In this document: positions 15,256 through 30,355 of the stretch, one piece after another
Numbering within the stretch: the stretch's first letter is position 1
Layout: every line of letters starts with the position of its first letter
Assembly (NCBI RefSeq): GCF_009914755.1
Contig: NC_060928.1
Strand: one strand, 5' to 3'
DNA from: the human T2T-CHM13v2.0 reference genome, Homo sapiens
Length of the DNA stretch: 64,000 bases
Position numbers and translations under genes: made by a program
The notes under the pieces: generated by a model
What the model saw: the letters and a program-made list of their open reading frames with translations, nothing else
Database searches by the model: none
Told to the model about the DNA's origin: nothing

Positions 15256-15586
15256 TTTTTTAATTTTTTATTTAATTTAAATCATCCTCACCGGCAGTCA
15301 TAATATGGAAGAATGTATATCCTGAGGATACTTTCTGTAGAAAGGGCCATCCTACTCACTTCTTCCTAGTGATTCTGTTGCATTCTCATCAGTTCCCCCA
15401 ATCCTGACTGTTGGAGAAATTGTTCACGCTATCTAGAAAGAGAAGCTTAATCAGGGCATAATTCAAGCTGAATCCCTTTGCCGGTACAAAGCTGTTTTGG
15501 GGGCCACGATTTTAAAATATCCTTAATAACTAAAAGCTGAACATTGTCTTCCTAAGTGCACGGAATCTTAGTCTGTGGTTTATAAC

Positions 15587-15715
15587 TAGGCCTGCCAGAT
15601 GAAATTTGAGTTGGATTTGAGTTCAGATAAACAACAAATAATTTCTTAGTATAATGATGTCCCAAATAATGCATGGGACACATTTCTTTAAAAATTTGAT
15701 ATACCTGGCAACCAT
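15587..15715. mobile_element. MER53 fragment
   Basis: tgccagat...ttcagataaacaac...gtccca...tgggaca...ctggcaacc. Confidence 0.65.
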
Positions 15716-15924
15716 ATTAATAACACAATAATGATCAGTCCATGTATGGCCTTTTCAATTTTATGTATTCATTCACATACTTAGTTAATTAAACTAATTA
15801 ATTAATCTCATATTACGTCATTGCTGCAGGCATTTTTAGTTACTACTGCTGGAACTACACTTTTTAAGAAACCATGTGGCAACTCTAAGGCACTGAGAAT
15901 GACTACTGAGAAGTAACTGACTTA

Positions 15925-16090
15925 GGGCCTTGTTAATCAAATTGTGATCAGCAGACCCAGGTAATCATCAACTTGGTACTTGTTAGAAAAGAATCTCAGG
16001 TTCTACCCAGACCTACTGAATTCAGAATCTGCATTTTAACAAAATCCCCAGGTGATTCCTATGCACAACACAGTTTTAGAAGCACTGATT
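15925..16090. mobile_element. MER5A (hAT-Charlie)
   Basis: cccagacctactgaattcagaatctgcattttaacaa...ccccaggtgattc. Confidence 0.75.
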
Positions 16091-16389
16091 TAGAAAGCTG
16101 TGTTTTAGGCAAATTTCCAGGCAGTGATATGTAGAATGGACTAAAGGGAAATTGACTGCAAGGATAGAAACACCTTACAAGAACATTTAAAAACCTTAGG
16201 CATTACTTCAAAATCTGAATCATGGTGCATGCAGGTAGCACGAATAAAAAGAAAAAAATATTGAAATCAGAAACATTCTAATGAAAAAAATCAATGGGGT
16301 TTGGTAACAGACTAGATGGAGGAAGGAGAATAAATGTCAGAATTTGAATATAAATCAAGTAGAAGCATCAAGTACTTCTAATATGATTG

Positions 16390-17048
16390 GCAGTGGTTCT
16401 CAACCTTGGCCACACACTGCAGTCATTTGGGAGCTTTAACAAATACTAATACCTGGGTCCCAATCCCTGAGATTCTGATTTAAGGTGAAACCTCGGCATT
16501 AGAATTTTTAAATGCTATACCCAGATAACTGGTAAAACATTTCCGCGTGTGTCTGTGAGGGTGTTCCCAGAAGAAATTAGCATTTGAATCAGTAGACTGA
16601 GTGAAAAAGATTCTCCCTCACCAATGTAGGTGGGCATCATCCAATCCACTAAGGGCCCAAACAGAACAAAAAGGCAGAGGAAGAGCATATATTGCTCTCT
16701 CTTCGGAAGCTGGGACATCCATCTTCTCCCTCCTCTGAGACAACAGAACTTCAAATACTCAGATCCTTGGATTCTAGGACTCACACCAGCAAATCTCCCA
16801 TTTCTCAGGCCTTCAGCCTCAGACTGAATTACACCACAGGTTTTCCTGTTCTCCAGCTTGAAGATGGCAGACTGTGGGACCTCTTGGTCTCCATAATTGC
16901 ATGAGCTAATTTCCATAAATAAATCCCCTCATATATCCTCATATATCCTATTGATTCTGTTTCTGTGGAGAACCCCAATTAATACAATTGGTAATCTTTT
17001 AGACTTCTCCAGTTGGTTGTAATACACAGTCAGGATTGAGAATGCTCA
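16390..17048. mobile_element. MER5-family element interrupted by an MLT2B-like ERVL LTR (~16513-16986, +)
   Basis: cagtggttctcaacc start; MLT2 motifs gtgtctgtgagggtgtt...gggcatcatccaatcc...ggagaacccc..aataca. Confidence 0.75.
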
Positions 17049-17623
17049 ATTGAAATATTCAGTTTAACTGATAATTTATTAACTCTTTTTTCCAAATAAG
17101 TGTAAAATGAAGAGGGAATTCAGTGATAACAGAATCCAAATCTTCTAGTTAGGTGAAATATAAACTAACATATTTTCATTTGCCTGTTAAAATTTCAAAT
17201 TGAAATTTACATAATTAGAATTAGCTATGATTTCCATTTTTTTCAAAACCTCAATTTGAATGAAATCCGTTAATGACCACTGTAGTTGGATGAGCATTTA
17301 TGAATACTACTCATACTCCTAAAACATAATATGCAATGAATTGATCCTAATCACAACCATAATTACATATCTTAAGATAGAATAACGCCTTCAGGAAGAG
17401 GGGAGGTAGAATATGACATGCATAAAATTTATTTCTAAGTAAATGGGCATAGTAAAGCAATTATCAGAATTAGGCCCTGTAACTAAAAATCTAAATAGAA
17501 AAAAAATCAAGCAGAACATTTAAGAACTTTATAGCTAATTTGTCACTAAAGCATTATTTCATATATATGCAAAGTAAATACAAAATATTTTTCAAAAAGA
17601 AAAATATTTCCAATGACCTTTTA

Positions 17624-17734
<111 letters not shown>

Positions 17735-18669
17735 CTAGTATGGAAAAAGAAATTCAATTTAATGACTGACCTGTTCAAAGATTGATTTGATTTTTCTGAT
17801 TTATTAGATTAGAGAAATCTAACCTTGGACTTACCTTGTTACTCTGAGTAACAATTTTATTGTTGTGAAAGGCATCATCATGTAAGTACATATTATATTT
17901 GACAAAGATAAATTGAAGTTGCTGAGCTTTTTTATAAGCAGCTAGTGTTTAAGAGAAAAAAATACAGACTCGAACAAATGTTCAGAAATAAAGAAAATTC
18001 AAAATATTAACCACTTTAGATAGCTGTACTAAAATTCAGGAAAAAGTGGCATCTCTCCACCTCTGTAATATCATCTCACAACCTGATTCTATTGTGCCTC
18101 CAGAACAACCTTTTCAATAAATGACTTTACTTCCCTTGTAAGGGCTCTTTTACAGTTCTTCAGTATTCTGTACTTCTATCTCAAGTATTCCTAAGAGTTT
18201 AAATTATACACATATATACACAATCTCATTGAGTCAGATTGTAAACAATCCTTTAATCTTTTGAATTTCCCCTTTTACAAGGCACATTATACACACCCAA
18301 TAATCATAAAGGACTTCTGAGGTGTTAAATTTCTAAGTATGAATTAAAGAAACAAAGGTAAAGTTTAATTTTCCATTACACTTTAGATTGGGAAGATCTC
18401 AAATTAGGCTGTAAACTCTGTGAGGGTTTTTTTTTTTTCTTTTTTTGTTCATTACTGTATTCCTAGCACAGGAACTCAATCAAAAGCATGCGTTAAATCA
18501 ATGAAGGAATTCATTAACAAATAATACCACGGTTATCAAATGTTATCATTTTTACCTTACCATATAGTTTAAAGCAAATCTTGTCAGTAAAGGGAAAACC
18601 AAAGTAGAGGAAATCAATAGCTACAACAACATGAGGTTAGAGTGGAATGGAATCAAGCATTCCAGGACA

Positions 18670-18960
18670 TAAACATCTGAATGAGTGCTGTTCCCTTCAA
18701 AGCGATAGCCTTGGGGAGTTACATGCTTAACCTAATAATAGCATCACTGCTCCAAAAACTACGCAGTTGGAATTCCCTTCAGAGAATATGGAATATCCAC
18801 ACTGGAAAAGCTCATCTTTTGATGAGCTTTGAAGGTCATTTCTTTTTAAAAAAATAAAAAATAAATTAGTCACAGTAAAGCTGTGAATGAAGTGATTACA
18901 CTAGATTCCATCAATTGGGGTCAGAAATGAGGCCAATTTTCAACTGAGAGGGCCCAACTT
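18670..18960. mobile_element. MARNA-like ancient mariner relic
   Basis: ccttcaaagcgatagccttgggg...cactgctccaaaa...ggaattcccttcagag resembles MARNA. Confidence 0.45.
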
Positions 18961-20830
18961 AGCTTAAAGATAATTTCAAAAGCAAAGGTATAAAATGGTG
19001 AAAAATCAATATAAATATTTTATATTATAAACACTACTACATTTTTGCTTTTTCTGCAAACATGCTCAATGTTATATGAATTGAGATGCAGAGAAAAACT
19101 TTAGCTGAATCTTCCTAATAAAATTCTTATTTTATCTTTAGATATTGTCTAAAGAAAGCAGACAAGATAATGTTGATGAATTAAAGAAGTGAAAAATTAT
19201 TGATATATAGTGAATTATTTTACAAACCAATAAGTAAAACATGAATAAAAATACATCCTCAGTGTTACTTTGTTAATAAACATTTGAATTATGAGACAAT
19301 TTATAAAGAAGACTTAACCCAACTACCTAATCAAAGCAGTAGAGTTTGACAGATTAAATTTAGTAGGACTTTCACATATTTTTTGTGTCTACTGTTAGTT
19401 TAAAATCAACAGCAGTTCTGAATTTCACTCTCCAGTGAAGAGGGTGGGAATAAATACATCCTTCAAATTTCATTTGAGGTGAAGTTCCAAACTCCTGACA
19501 TCTCAAGGAGTTCTCCTTTAACAATGTACTCAGTGCAAAGACAATATACATAAAGGAGTTCTAACCCCTCTAGGTCCAGTAAACATCAAAGAAAAAAATG
19601 GAACACTACAATCATTGTGATTATTCCTTTCACTGTTTGTTTACAAGAACATGACAGTATGAAAGAACACAAGCCTTGGATGTCCACTTGCCATAACAAA
19701 GTATCAGGTACCAGAATTCCTTCCTGCTGAAGACATCTATAAGACTAGACAAAATACAAGACAACAAAGCCATGGGCAGAGCAAAGAAAAAGACAACATA
19801 AGTAATTGCCATTCAACATTCTGGCTTTCTGCCTGAGGGCGTTTTCCTGCTTTAGAGAAGGCAGGTGCTACCCAATGAGAGCAACGCTTTGAAACAGAAT
19901 TGAATGGAGCTCCAAACTTCTGAAGTGGTTGGAAAGTATAAAGCACAGGGGCTGTGCTGGGGGGTTGGAAGGAAGATGGTTAGGAAGCAGTGACCAAAAG
20001 ATACTGAGTTTCTAGTCACTTTGGGCATGTATAGGGCAAAAAACCTAAAGGACTAGCAAAAATTACCTGCTGAAGGCTAAAAACTGAATGTGACACCAAT
20101 TAGTGAAGTGTTTGGAGACAATGGAGTTCCAGCCCAGCCAGAGTAGAGAATTCATTCAGCAGCGCAGGCATTGAGGCAGGAAAAGACCACTCCTTAGGAG
20201 TAAGGACTATACCATATAGTTGGGGGTACTCCCTAAGACTAAATTCAAAAGATCCACTCTGACAAATAATAAGACCAAGCCTGACAGGATCAAAAGAATC
20301 TGCCAGTAATTTTACTGCCTGCCCGAACAAATCTCATCCCTTTTTTAAAGGAAGAGGATATAATCCAAATGTAGTGAAACAGACTATGACCAGCAGACAA
20401 TACAAAATCACCACATATGTAAAGAAACAGGAAAATGAAACCCATAGTAAAGAGAAAAAGTAGTCAATAAAAAATGACCCCAAGATGATTCACATGTTGG
20501 ACTTCACAGATAAGGACTTTAAAGCAGCTATTAAAAATTAATGTAGGGATTTAAAGAAAAATATAGTAATAACTTCTTTGCAGAGATAGGAATCTCTGCA
20601 AGGAAAGAAAAAACTATTAAAATAGTCAAATGAAAATTCTAGAACTGAAAAGTATAGTGTGTAAAACACCAAGTTCATTAATACATTTAACAGCCCACCG
20701 AAAACAGCTGAAGAGTCAGTGACTCTGAAGATAAATCAACAGAAAGTATCCATTCAGAAGGATTGAAAGAGAAAACAAACCATAAAACATTAACAAAGTT
20801 TCAGTGTCTTTTAGGATACTATCAAGTGTG

Positions 20831-20832
<2 letters not shown>

Positions 20833-20872
<40 letters not shown>
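20833..20872. repeat. (CA)n microsatellite, about 19 units
   Basis: Perfect CA run. Confidence 0.95.
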
Positions 20873-20876
<4 letters not shown>

Positions 20877-22132
20877 TATATTTGGAGTCCCAAAGATAAT
20901 GAAGCTGAAAAATATTTAAAGACTTATAAAGAAAAATTTCCCAAATTGATGAAAACCTTAAGCTTACACACATGGTGTGAAAATGATATGTAGGGTGAAA
21001 CATATAAGTTGAAAATGATACAAAGGATGGCTGACCTCTCCCAAGAAAAATGAAGACAAGAAAAAAATGAGAAAACTCTTTTTTAAAATATTGAAAGAAA
21101 ACTACTATCAACTGATAGTGGTTCATCTATCCAGTGAAAATATCCTTCAAGAATATAGGCAAAATAAAGGCATTTTCAGATAAACTAAAACTGAGAGTAT
21201 TTGTCAGCACTGTATGTACTATAAGAAGTGCGAAAGGAAATTCTGTAGTCTAAAGAGAAAGATATTAAAATCTAGAAAGAGCTAGAAATGTGGCTTGAGC
21301 ACATGAGTATATATATATATATAAAAAGAATAAGGAAGCCTAGTCTTTCATTTTTGGAGAATGAAACACCCAATAGAGGAAAAAAAGAAAAATAATGCAT
21401 CTTTAGTTGTTGGATGAAATTGGAAGTATCAGTATGAATTCAGTTGTTTTTATTATAATAAGTAGATAGATACAGAAATAAATACAATATAGATGCGTAT
21501 GTATATTTATATGTTATTTTCCTAGCTCTGTCTGCTAATATACCAGCAACAATAAGCACATCTAGTGCCTTAATCTTGGTTTCTTAATACCATTCCCCCC
21601 ACTAAAAGAAACCAGGGCTCCTTGGGAAAAAAGAATGATTCTAGGGCTAGGGCACGGAAAGTGTAAGATAGGCCTCAAACATTCTGATTAGCCAGAAAGT
21701 GAAAAAAATGCCCCAAAATTAATAAGGACATAACAAAAAGGACTCAGCAAATTTGTTATAATTTGAACATCAGCATAAAGATAATAAGAGAACATAATTG
21801 ACTAAATAAAATATTACACGAGTCCATAATTGATGTGAATGCATGAATGAAGGAGAAGGCAAAACTCTCTCTTACATTAGAATTTCAGCTAATAAATATA
21901 AGAGGTATGATGGAGTTAGAAAATCAGTGGATGCTAAAGCTGGTCAATAGGTTGTTGATGAACACAGTATTTACACAGTCTCAAAGTATCTGCCCATATG
22001 ATACTTACTAATTACAATGGGAAAAACTATTGGAGAAACCTGGTAGATATCACTTTAAAAAAGTTATCAAATTTAACATCATCAATACTTACATCACATA
22101 AATATGCCTCCTTATAAGATACACTACGAAGG

Positions 22133-22952
22133 TGTGTGGTATAATTAAACATGTTTCTGATCTTTGTTCCCAGTTCCTGACACAGACCTCCTAAAGGCCA
22201 TGGGATTTCTTGAGTGATACTAGTGTATTTCCATATTTGCAACAAGCCCTTTTCAACCATACCCGAATTCACACTAATGAGGTGAGCCCTAGAAGGCTTC
22301 AGGATTAGGGGTGGGAACCAGAAAACCCAACCTTGTGATTAGAGGTTTAGAACTTCCAGTCCCACCCCCAACCTCTGGAGAGGGGAGACTGGCTGGAGAT
22401 TGAATCCACTCACCAATGGCCAATAATGTAATCAATCATACCTACATAATAAAACCTCAATAAAAAGCTGGGAAAAATGAGGTCTAGGGAAGCTTCCAGG
22501 GTGGTGAACATATTGATGTGCTGGGATGCTGGCATTCTGGAGAAGGCATAGAAGCTCTGCACACCACCCCACCCCCCGCCACCTCCCATACCTTGTCTTA
22601 TGCATCTCTTCCATTTGGCTGCTCCTGAGTTGTATGTAACCTTTTTAATAAAACTGTAATCATAAGTGTAGTGCTTTCTTGAGTTCCGTGGGTCATTCTA
22701 TCTAATTACTGAACCTAAGCGGGGGTCACTAGAATCCTTGAATTGGTAGTCAGCCTGGAAGAAGTGTGGTAGCCTAGGGATCCCACTTGCAGCTGACGTC
22801 TGAAGTCGGGGCAGGCTTGTGGGATTGAGCCCTTAACATGTAGGGTCAGTGCTAACTCCATGAGGTTAAGAATCAGAACTGAATTGGGTTGAACTGGGTT
22901 GCAATGTCAAAGAACTGGAAAATTAAATAGTCGTTGCTTAGTTAAGGTGTCA
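22133..22952 (+). mobile_element. MER21-like ERVL solo LTR
   Basis: cccagttcctgacacagac...ggctggagattga...aataaaactgtaa...agtgctaactcc. Confidence 0.75.
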
Positions 22953-24365
22953 GCATTAACATATATGGTATTCCAGCTAAAAGGGCCTAGCTTGAATCTA
23001 TTTGTGAAGGACATTCTACAAAATAACAGGCCTGTACCCTTTAACAATGTCTAAATTTAAAAAGATAAAGAAATGCTGAGAAACTGTTTCAGATGGAGGG
23101 GAGACTAAAGAGACATTACAACTATGTGCAATATGGGATCCTGAATACTATCTTGGATTGGGGGAAAATAACTCTAAAGCTTATTAATAGGATGGGACAA
23201 CTGATGAAATTTTGACTATGGACTGTTAATAGTCTTGTATCAGATTAGATAATAGTATTCTATCAATATAAAATTTCCTGATTTTGATAATTTTATTATG
23301 GCTGGGCAAGAGAATATTCTTATTAGAAAATATACACTGAACTATTTAGTAAAAACATATCTTTAGCTTATTAAATCTTTCAGAAATAATAAGCATATAT
23401 TCCTTATATGCATTATAGAGTGAAAAAGAGGAAACGATAAAGCAAATGGGGCAAAAAAATAACTGGAGAATCTGGGTAAAGGGTGTATGGCAGTTTCTTA
23501 TACTGGTCTTGCAACTTTTCTGTGAGTTTAAAATTATATCAAAATAAAAATAACAGAAAATTTTAAAAAGGAAACAACACAGATGACTTGACAAATTATA
23601 AGGCTTGTTTTCTTCCACAGAGTGGAATTTTTAAGACAATGCCTGAAACATTGAACAAGCATAGACACAGCAGTTCCCAAACTGTGTTCCCAGGGGCACA
23701 GTTACACTTCTATTAGGAGATTTGTCTAAATTACAACAATTGCTAGGGGTTTTCTTTTTCTTCTAAAATTCATCTGGAAATAATCATCTGAAATTCAGTT
23801 GAAACAATTCGTATTTCTTTAGAAAAATATATTGATAAATAGTTGAAATAGAAAGTAAGAAACTGCATGGTGAGAGAAGGTGAAAATTTGTTTCTCTGGA
23901 GAAATAAAAATGAAAGGGAAAGATGAAGTGGGGAAGGAAGGAATAATAGCTACATGGTCAAGGCCACATAAGTGGCAATTTGACCCTTCCCTAAGACCCT
24001 CTAAGTTTTCTCTCTAGAAATCATGGTTCACATGGAGTGACTGTCCTGGAGTAGAAACAGGACATGAGTCTGAGTTTTGCACTCTAATTGACTTGGGAGA
24101 AGGAGAGATGTTTTGACAATGTAAATCCTTAAGACATATGAATCATGGGAAGGTTTAAGACTTCCTCAGGACATGGAATGGGGTTCAGGGCAATCCTGTG
24201 TAGTTATTGGATGTTATCTGGTTTTCCTATAAAAGGAAAATACCAAGCACATTTATATAGTAGTTCTGATTATATATCTTACTATTAATAGCTTCTTAGT
24301 ATAAGTGTTAATATCTTATTAATAAATGTGTTAATATCTTCTTGTTATTCATAAATGCCGTGCCA

Positions 24366-24535
24366 AGCCGGCTGCAGTGGCATGCACCTGTGGTCCCACC
24401 TACTCAGGACCATAGCCACTTCTCGTGCAGTTGAAGTGAGTGGATCAGCTAATCCAGGACTCCAACCTGAGCAACACAGTGAGACTCTGGCTTAAAATAA
24501 ATACATACATACATACATACATACATACATACATG
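24366..24535 (+). mobile_element. FAM/FLAM-like Alu monomer with a (TACA)n tail
   Basis: gccggctgcagtggcatgcacctgtggtccc...ctccaacctgagcaacacagtgagac followed by tacatacatac. Confidence 0.7.
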
Positions 24536-25799
24536 GTGTGGCACATTGAAGGTAGTTGCATGATGGTGGGCTGATGCATGAGACCGTGTGTGACTGAACA
24601 TCAATGTACAGGTAGCATTTACCAACTAATCTTTTCATTGGTATTTATGGGTCTACATGAGAATCACTGGTCTGAGTAGTGGATCCTGTCTTGTATTTTG
24701 AATATACGAATATGTTTTCTTATCAGTAATAAAACTATAGAATTTTTCAAATTTATATCAGTTTATATCATTTTCTGTTACAAAGTTTTAAAAGTGAACT
24801 AAATATAGGTCATTTGTTATAATTAACTTTATGAGACTTTAAAAAAAATTCTCAGCATCAATCTGAGTATTATTCTGTTTCACAGACACCTCTCTTGGTT
24901 TCCCACAGTGACATTACATCCTTTAAAGTGGTCTACGATCAAATAAGCTTAAGAAATACTGCCATACAGTGTCATTTTTACAGATGCATGTTTAAAGAGC
25001 TAGGACTCAGAAAACATTAGAATATATTTTCATATCCTGACTACTTTCAAAAAACATAGTATTTTAATTATTCAAATTATGGATGGTGCTTAGTAATGAA
25101 TTATCCATTAGCCAACTGACTTCCACTGCTAATATCAATATAAATTAGATCACAATGTAAATTAGATCACAGATCAACCCCCACAAGTTCTAATGAAATT
25201 CTTGGGACATGAAATAACTCCTGCAAGGCTACTATAAATACAGATCAAGGGTACCAAATGTGAAGTAGCAACATGACAAATCCACAGGCTAAGAGGCATC
25301 ACCCTGGGAGCAGTGCAAATCAAGGACACTAGCTGTTTTAAACAATAGTACAAGAATTAAATCATTATCAAATGCAAAACAGAAAATACATTGTCAAAAC
25401 TTTGAAGATGGTAGGCAGATTAAATAAAACACATATAAGTGAAGAATTCTCAGGGCTGGAGACACTTAGGACCATGAAGACAAATAAAGACTTTCTCAAC
25501 AAAGCTAGAGAATATTTATGATCCTACTGTACTCTTGGGACCATAGTGCCATTGAAAAGTGGATACCCAGCTGTCACTTAAGACAGGAAGGGGATTCTGC
25601 AAACTTGGCAGCAATCCTTCAGCTGTGTCCTTAATACCCCTCTTGGAATCTGCTACAGTGTGAAGTTATTACAGAGCTCAAAGAGGTCATAGAGATAGTC
25701 TATGAAGACCAGTAAATTTTTCCAAGAGAATCAAAATTGAACACATTGCTTATATAGAATGGATTCTGAAAAAACATTTCAGGACTTAACCTAGATGAA

Positions 25800-26430
25800 G
25801 TATCACACCCCAAATCCCGGCCCTCGGTATTACTCACTAGTAGTACCATTATTCATTTACCCAGCTTCAAAACCTGGGTCATCTTCAACTCCTCTTTTCC
25901 CTTCACTTGCATCTCCTGTTAGCTGCCAAGTTCAGCAGATTCTATTAGGTTGGTGCAAAAGTAATCGCAGTTTTTGCCATTAAAAGTAATGACAATTACT
26001 TTTGCACCAACCTAATACTTCTTCATCCGAAATCCATTCCCTCCTTTTGATCTTTAAGGCCAAGGTCCTTGTTAAGGTCCTTACTTCCTCATACTTACTT
26101 AGACTATTAAGATAATCTTCTATCCTCCCAACTTGTAGCATTTTCCCCTCTAATTCATTTTATGACTACTGTAAAATTAATCCTTCCAAAGCACAATTTA
26201 AATCATACTGGTTCCCCTTTCAAAACATCTTCAGTTACTCCTCATGTTTCTAAACCAAATATATATTCCTCAGCCTGGCATTCAAGACCTCTAATTTCCT
26301 GGCTGTGCTCCCACAGCTCCTTCATGTCCAGATTCTTATCCACACACTTACATGGTCCTACTTGCCTATCTCTTCTAACTTCTCTTTACCTCTGGATCTC
26401 ACCATGCACAAATCTCAATTTATTCAATTT
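25800..26430 (+). mobile_element. L2 fragment containing MADE1
   Basis: aaaacctgggtcatcttcaactcctc...cagcctggcattcaagacc L2 motifs. Confidence 0.6.
25945..26015. mobile_element. MADE1 (Hsmar1 MITE)
   Basis: TA|ttaggttggtgcaaaagtaat...attacttttgcaccaacctaa|TA. Confidence 0.93.
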
Positions 26431-26431
26431 A

Positions 26432-26830
<399 letters not shown>

Positions 26831-27815
26831 TTATCACATTTTTCTTGGCATCTGTTATGACCTGCTCTCTATGCTATTTATCTATTGCATGTACTATTAT
26901 TTTAATTCAACCAATATTTACTAAGCCCTATGTGCCAGGCACTATAAGGCACCAGGAACACAATAAAACAGCTATGACTCTCTGAATTAAATGAACTAAG
27001 CCAGAATTACCACTGAATCTTTATAGTGTACCACACAGTAGAAAGCTAGAACAATTGTTCTATCAAGATGCTGTAAGATACCTCATAAACATATAAAGTG
27101 CCATTCAGTTAAGATGCTTGGTTTTAAAACTAAAATTCCATTAATAAAAAGGATTATTTTAAATGGGAAATTTGAAGAATCTTACAGTGTAACCTTTAAG
27201 CCCTTAATTAAAGACTTGTGCATAGGTATAGCAAAAGTAGAAGAAATAACAAATCTTTCCATTGAAAACTTTTAGAGCAAAAATTTCCATTTTTTTGAAG
27301 ACATCTGTAAGTTTATCTGTTTAAAAAATGAAAGAGAGGATAGAAAGAAAGAAAACCAGACTTTGGTATCAATGGGACTTTGAATGAATATGATTAATTG
27401 AATGAATGAATGAAAAGAGACTATGAGGTTTTTTTTTGTTTTTGCACCTATCATTTTAGAATCTCAGTAAAATCCTAAGAGGTTCATGTGGGGATAACAT
27501 AGATGGGGATATGTATAGTGATCAGATAAAAAGATGGGAGAATATAACCATGAGATGAGCTATATTAAATTATCATTAAGGAGAAAAACAAGATGAGATT
27601 TCCTTAAGGCTCATATCCTCAACTGAACCACCAGGAAAGAAACTCTGGCATTTAAAGATGGGAAAATTCTTAGCATACATTCCAGTTTTAAATAAGTATG
27701 CAAATTATTACATCTCAGTTTCAAATATCCCCACCATTCATGATTGCTATCCAATGCCCCAGCCATAGTACCCGCCCCAGCCATAGTCCCCTCCCCAGCA
27801 CTGGTCCTGCTCTCA

Positions 27816-28484
<669 letters not shown>

Positions 28485-28576
28485 CTAAACATCTTCTCAT
28501 GGTAAACTGATGAGATAATAATTTGATATGTTATAGAAAATAAAAACAAGATGGTTTACTTAAGACATATGATTTT

Positions 28577-28874
28577 GGCCAGGCACAGTGGTTCACACCT
28601 GTAATTCCACCACCTTGGGAGGCTGAGGTGGGAGGACTGCATGAGGCCAGGAGTTGGAGACCAACCTGGGAAACCTAGTGAGACCCTGTCTCTAGGAAAA
28701 ATTAAAAAATTAGCTGGGCATGATAGCATGTGCCTATGATCCTAACTACTGGGGAGACTGAGGCAGGAGGGTTGCTTGAGCCCCGGAGTTCGAGGCTGTA
28801 GTGAGGTATGATGACACCACTGCACCACTGCACTTCAGCCTGGGTGACAAAGTGAGACTCTCTCAAAAAAAAAA
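28577..28874 (+). mobile_element. AluJ
   Basis: ggaggactgcatgaggccaggagtt, gaggctgtagtgag; A-tail. Confidence 0.9.
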
Positions 28875-30001
28875 GACAATTTTATTTTGGAAAACAATAG
28901 AGGACAATTGCTTTAATGAACATCTTAATAAAGGCTGACTTCTATATACATAACTTTATATATCTGATTGCAGCATACCAAGCATAAAGTATGCTTCTCT
29001 CAAAATTAGCTTATATTAAAAAGTAAAAGACACTAAATTTGCCAATAGTTTTAGGAAAATATAAATATGCACATTAATTTGATGTTTAAAACACATAACT
29101 TGTTCTGAAGTTAAATATTTGAAAACTAAAACAAATATTTGTCTAAATTTGGCTTGCTACTATGCCTATTTTAGATAGTTATATCTATATTGCAAAAGTA
29201 GATAAGTTTAGAAGGATTAATGAAAGAAACAAATAATTTAATCTTGTATAGAAAAATCAGACTTCTGTAAATATTATCCCAATAATGTTTGTTTAATAAT
29301 GGTAAAAAAGATCTATTTTTCTAGATTATCTATGACTATTTTAAAGTAGGCTTTATCTAAGTTTAAAACTGCAGTCCAAGAAAACTGAAGGCATTTATGT
29401 TTTTAATGTACCCTACTATGAAAGAAACTCATTTGAGCTAAAGCCATCACAGTAGGTGACTTTTTAAAACAAACATACCAGATCATACACAATCCAAAGC
29501 ATGTTGTTCAATTCAAATAATTCCCCTTAGAACGCTGTAGTCTTACACCAGTTAATGGTGTCATTACTCTAGACATTTTTGGAACTCTTCTTTTGAAACA
29601 AACTTCTGAAACAATTTATAATCCAAATAAAAATACTAATTTTATCTAAAAATTAGACCTTGTTTCTCACTAACTCCTCCTCCCAAAATGAACAAATAAA
29701 ACAAAAACAAAAAAACCTATGGTAACAGCTAACTTAATTCTCTATCTTCTGATAAGACATGACGCTTTAGAAAACTCAAACTTACCTTCAAAAGATAAAA
29801 AGTTGCTATAACTGAGGATATTTCAAATAATTTGCCTATACAAAAAGCAATGTAATCTCAAATCTACAATGACATAATTGACTGTTTATACCAAACAAAA
29901 GTCCAGGATAAACAAGTTTGACAATGTACTATTTTGGAGATAGTATAGGGATGTAGTCACTCTCCAAAGTTTTTGGTTGTAGTAACAATTGATATTACTT
30001 A

Positions 30002-30355
<354 letters not shown>

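Larger units (their letters stand above)
19600..23560 (+). mobile_element. Old L1M fragments (ORF1-like region and L1MC/ME 3' UTR), interrupted by MER21
   Basis: A-rich decayed ORF1 motifs (gaaaattctagaactgaaa, aaaatatccttcaa) and an L1MC-type 3' end. Confidence 0.6.
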
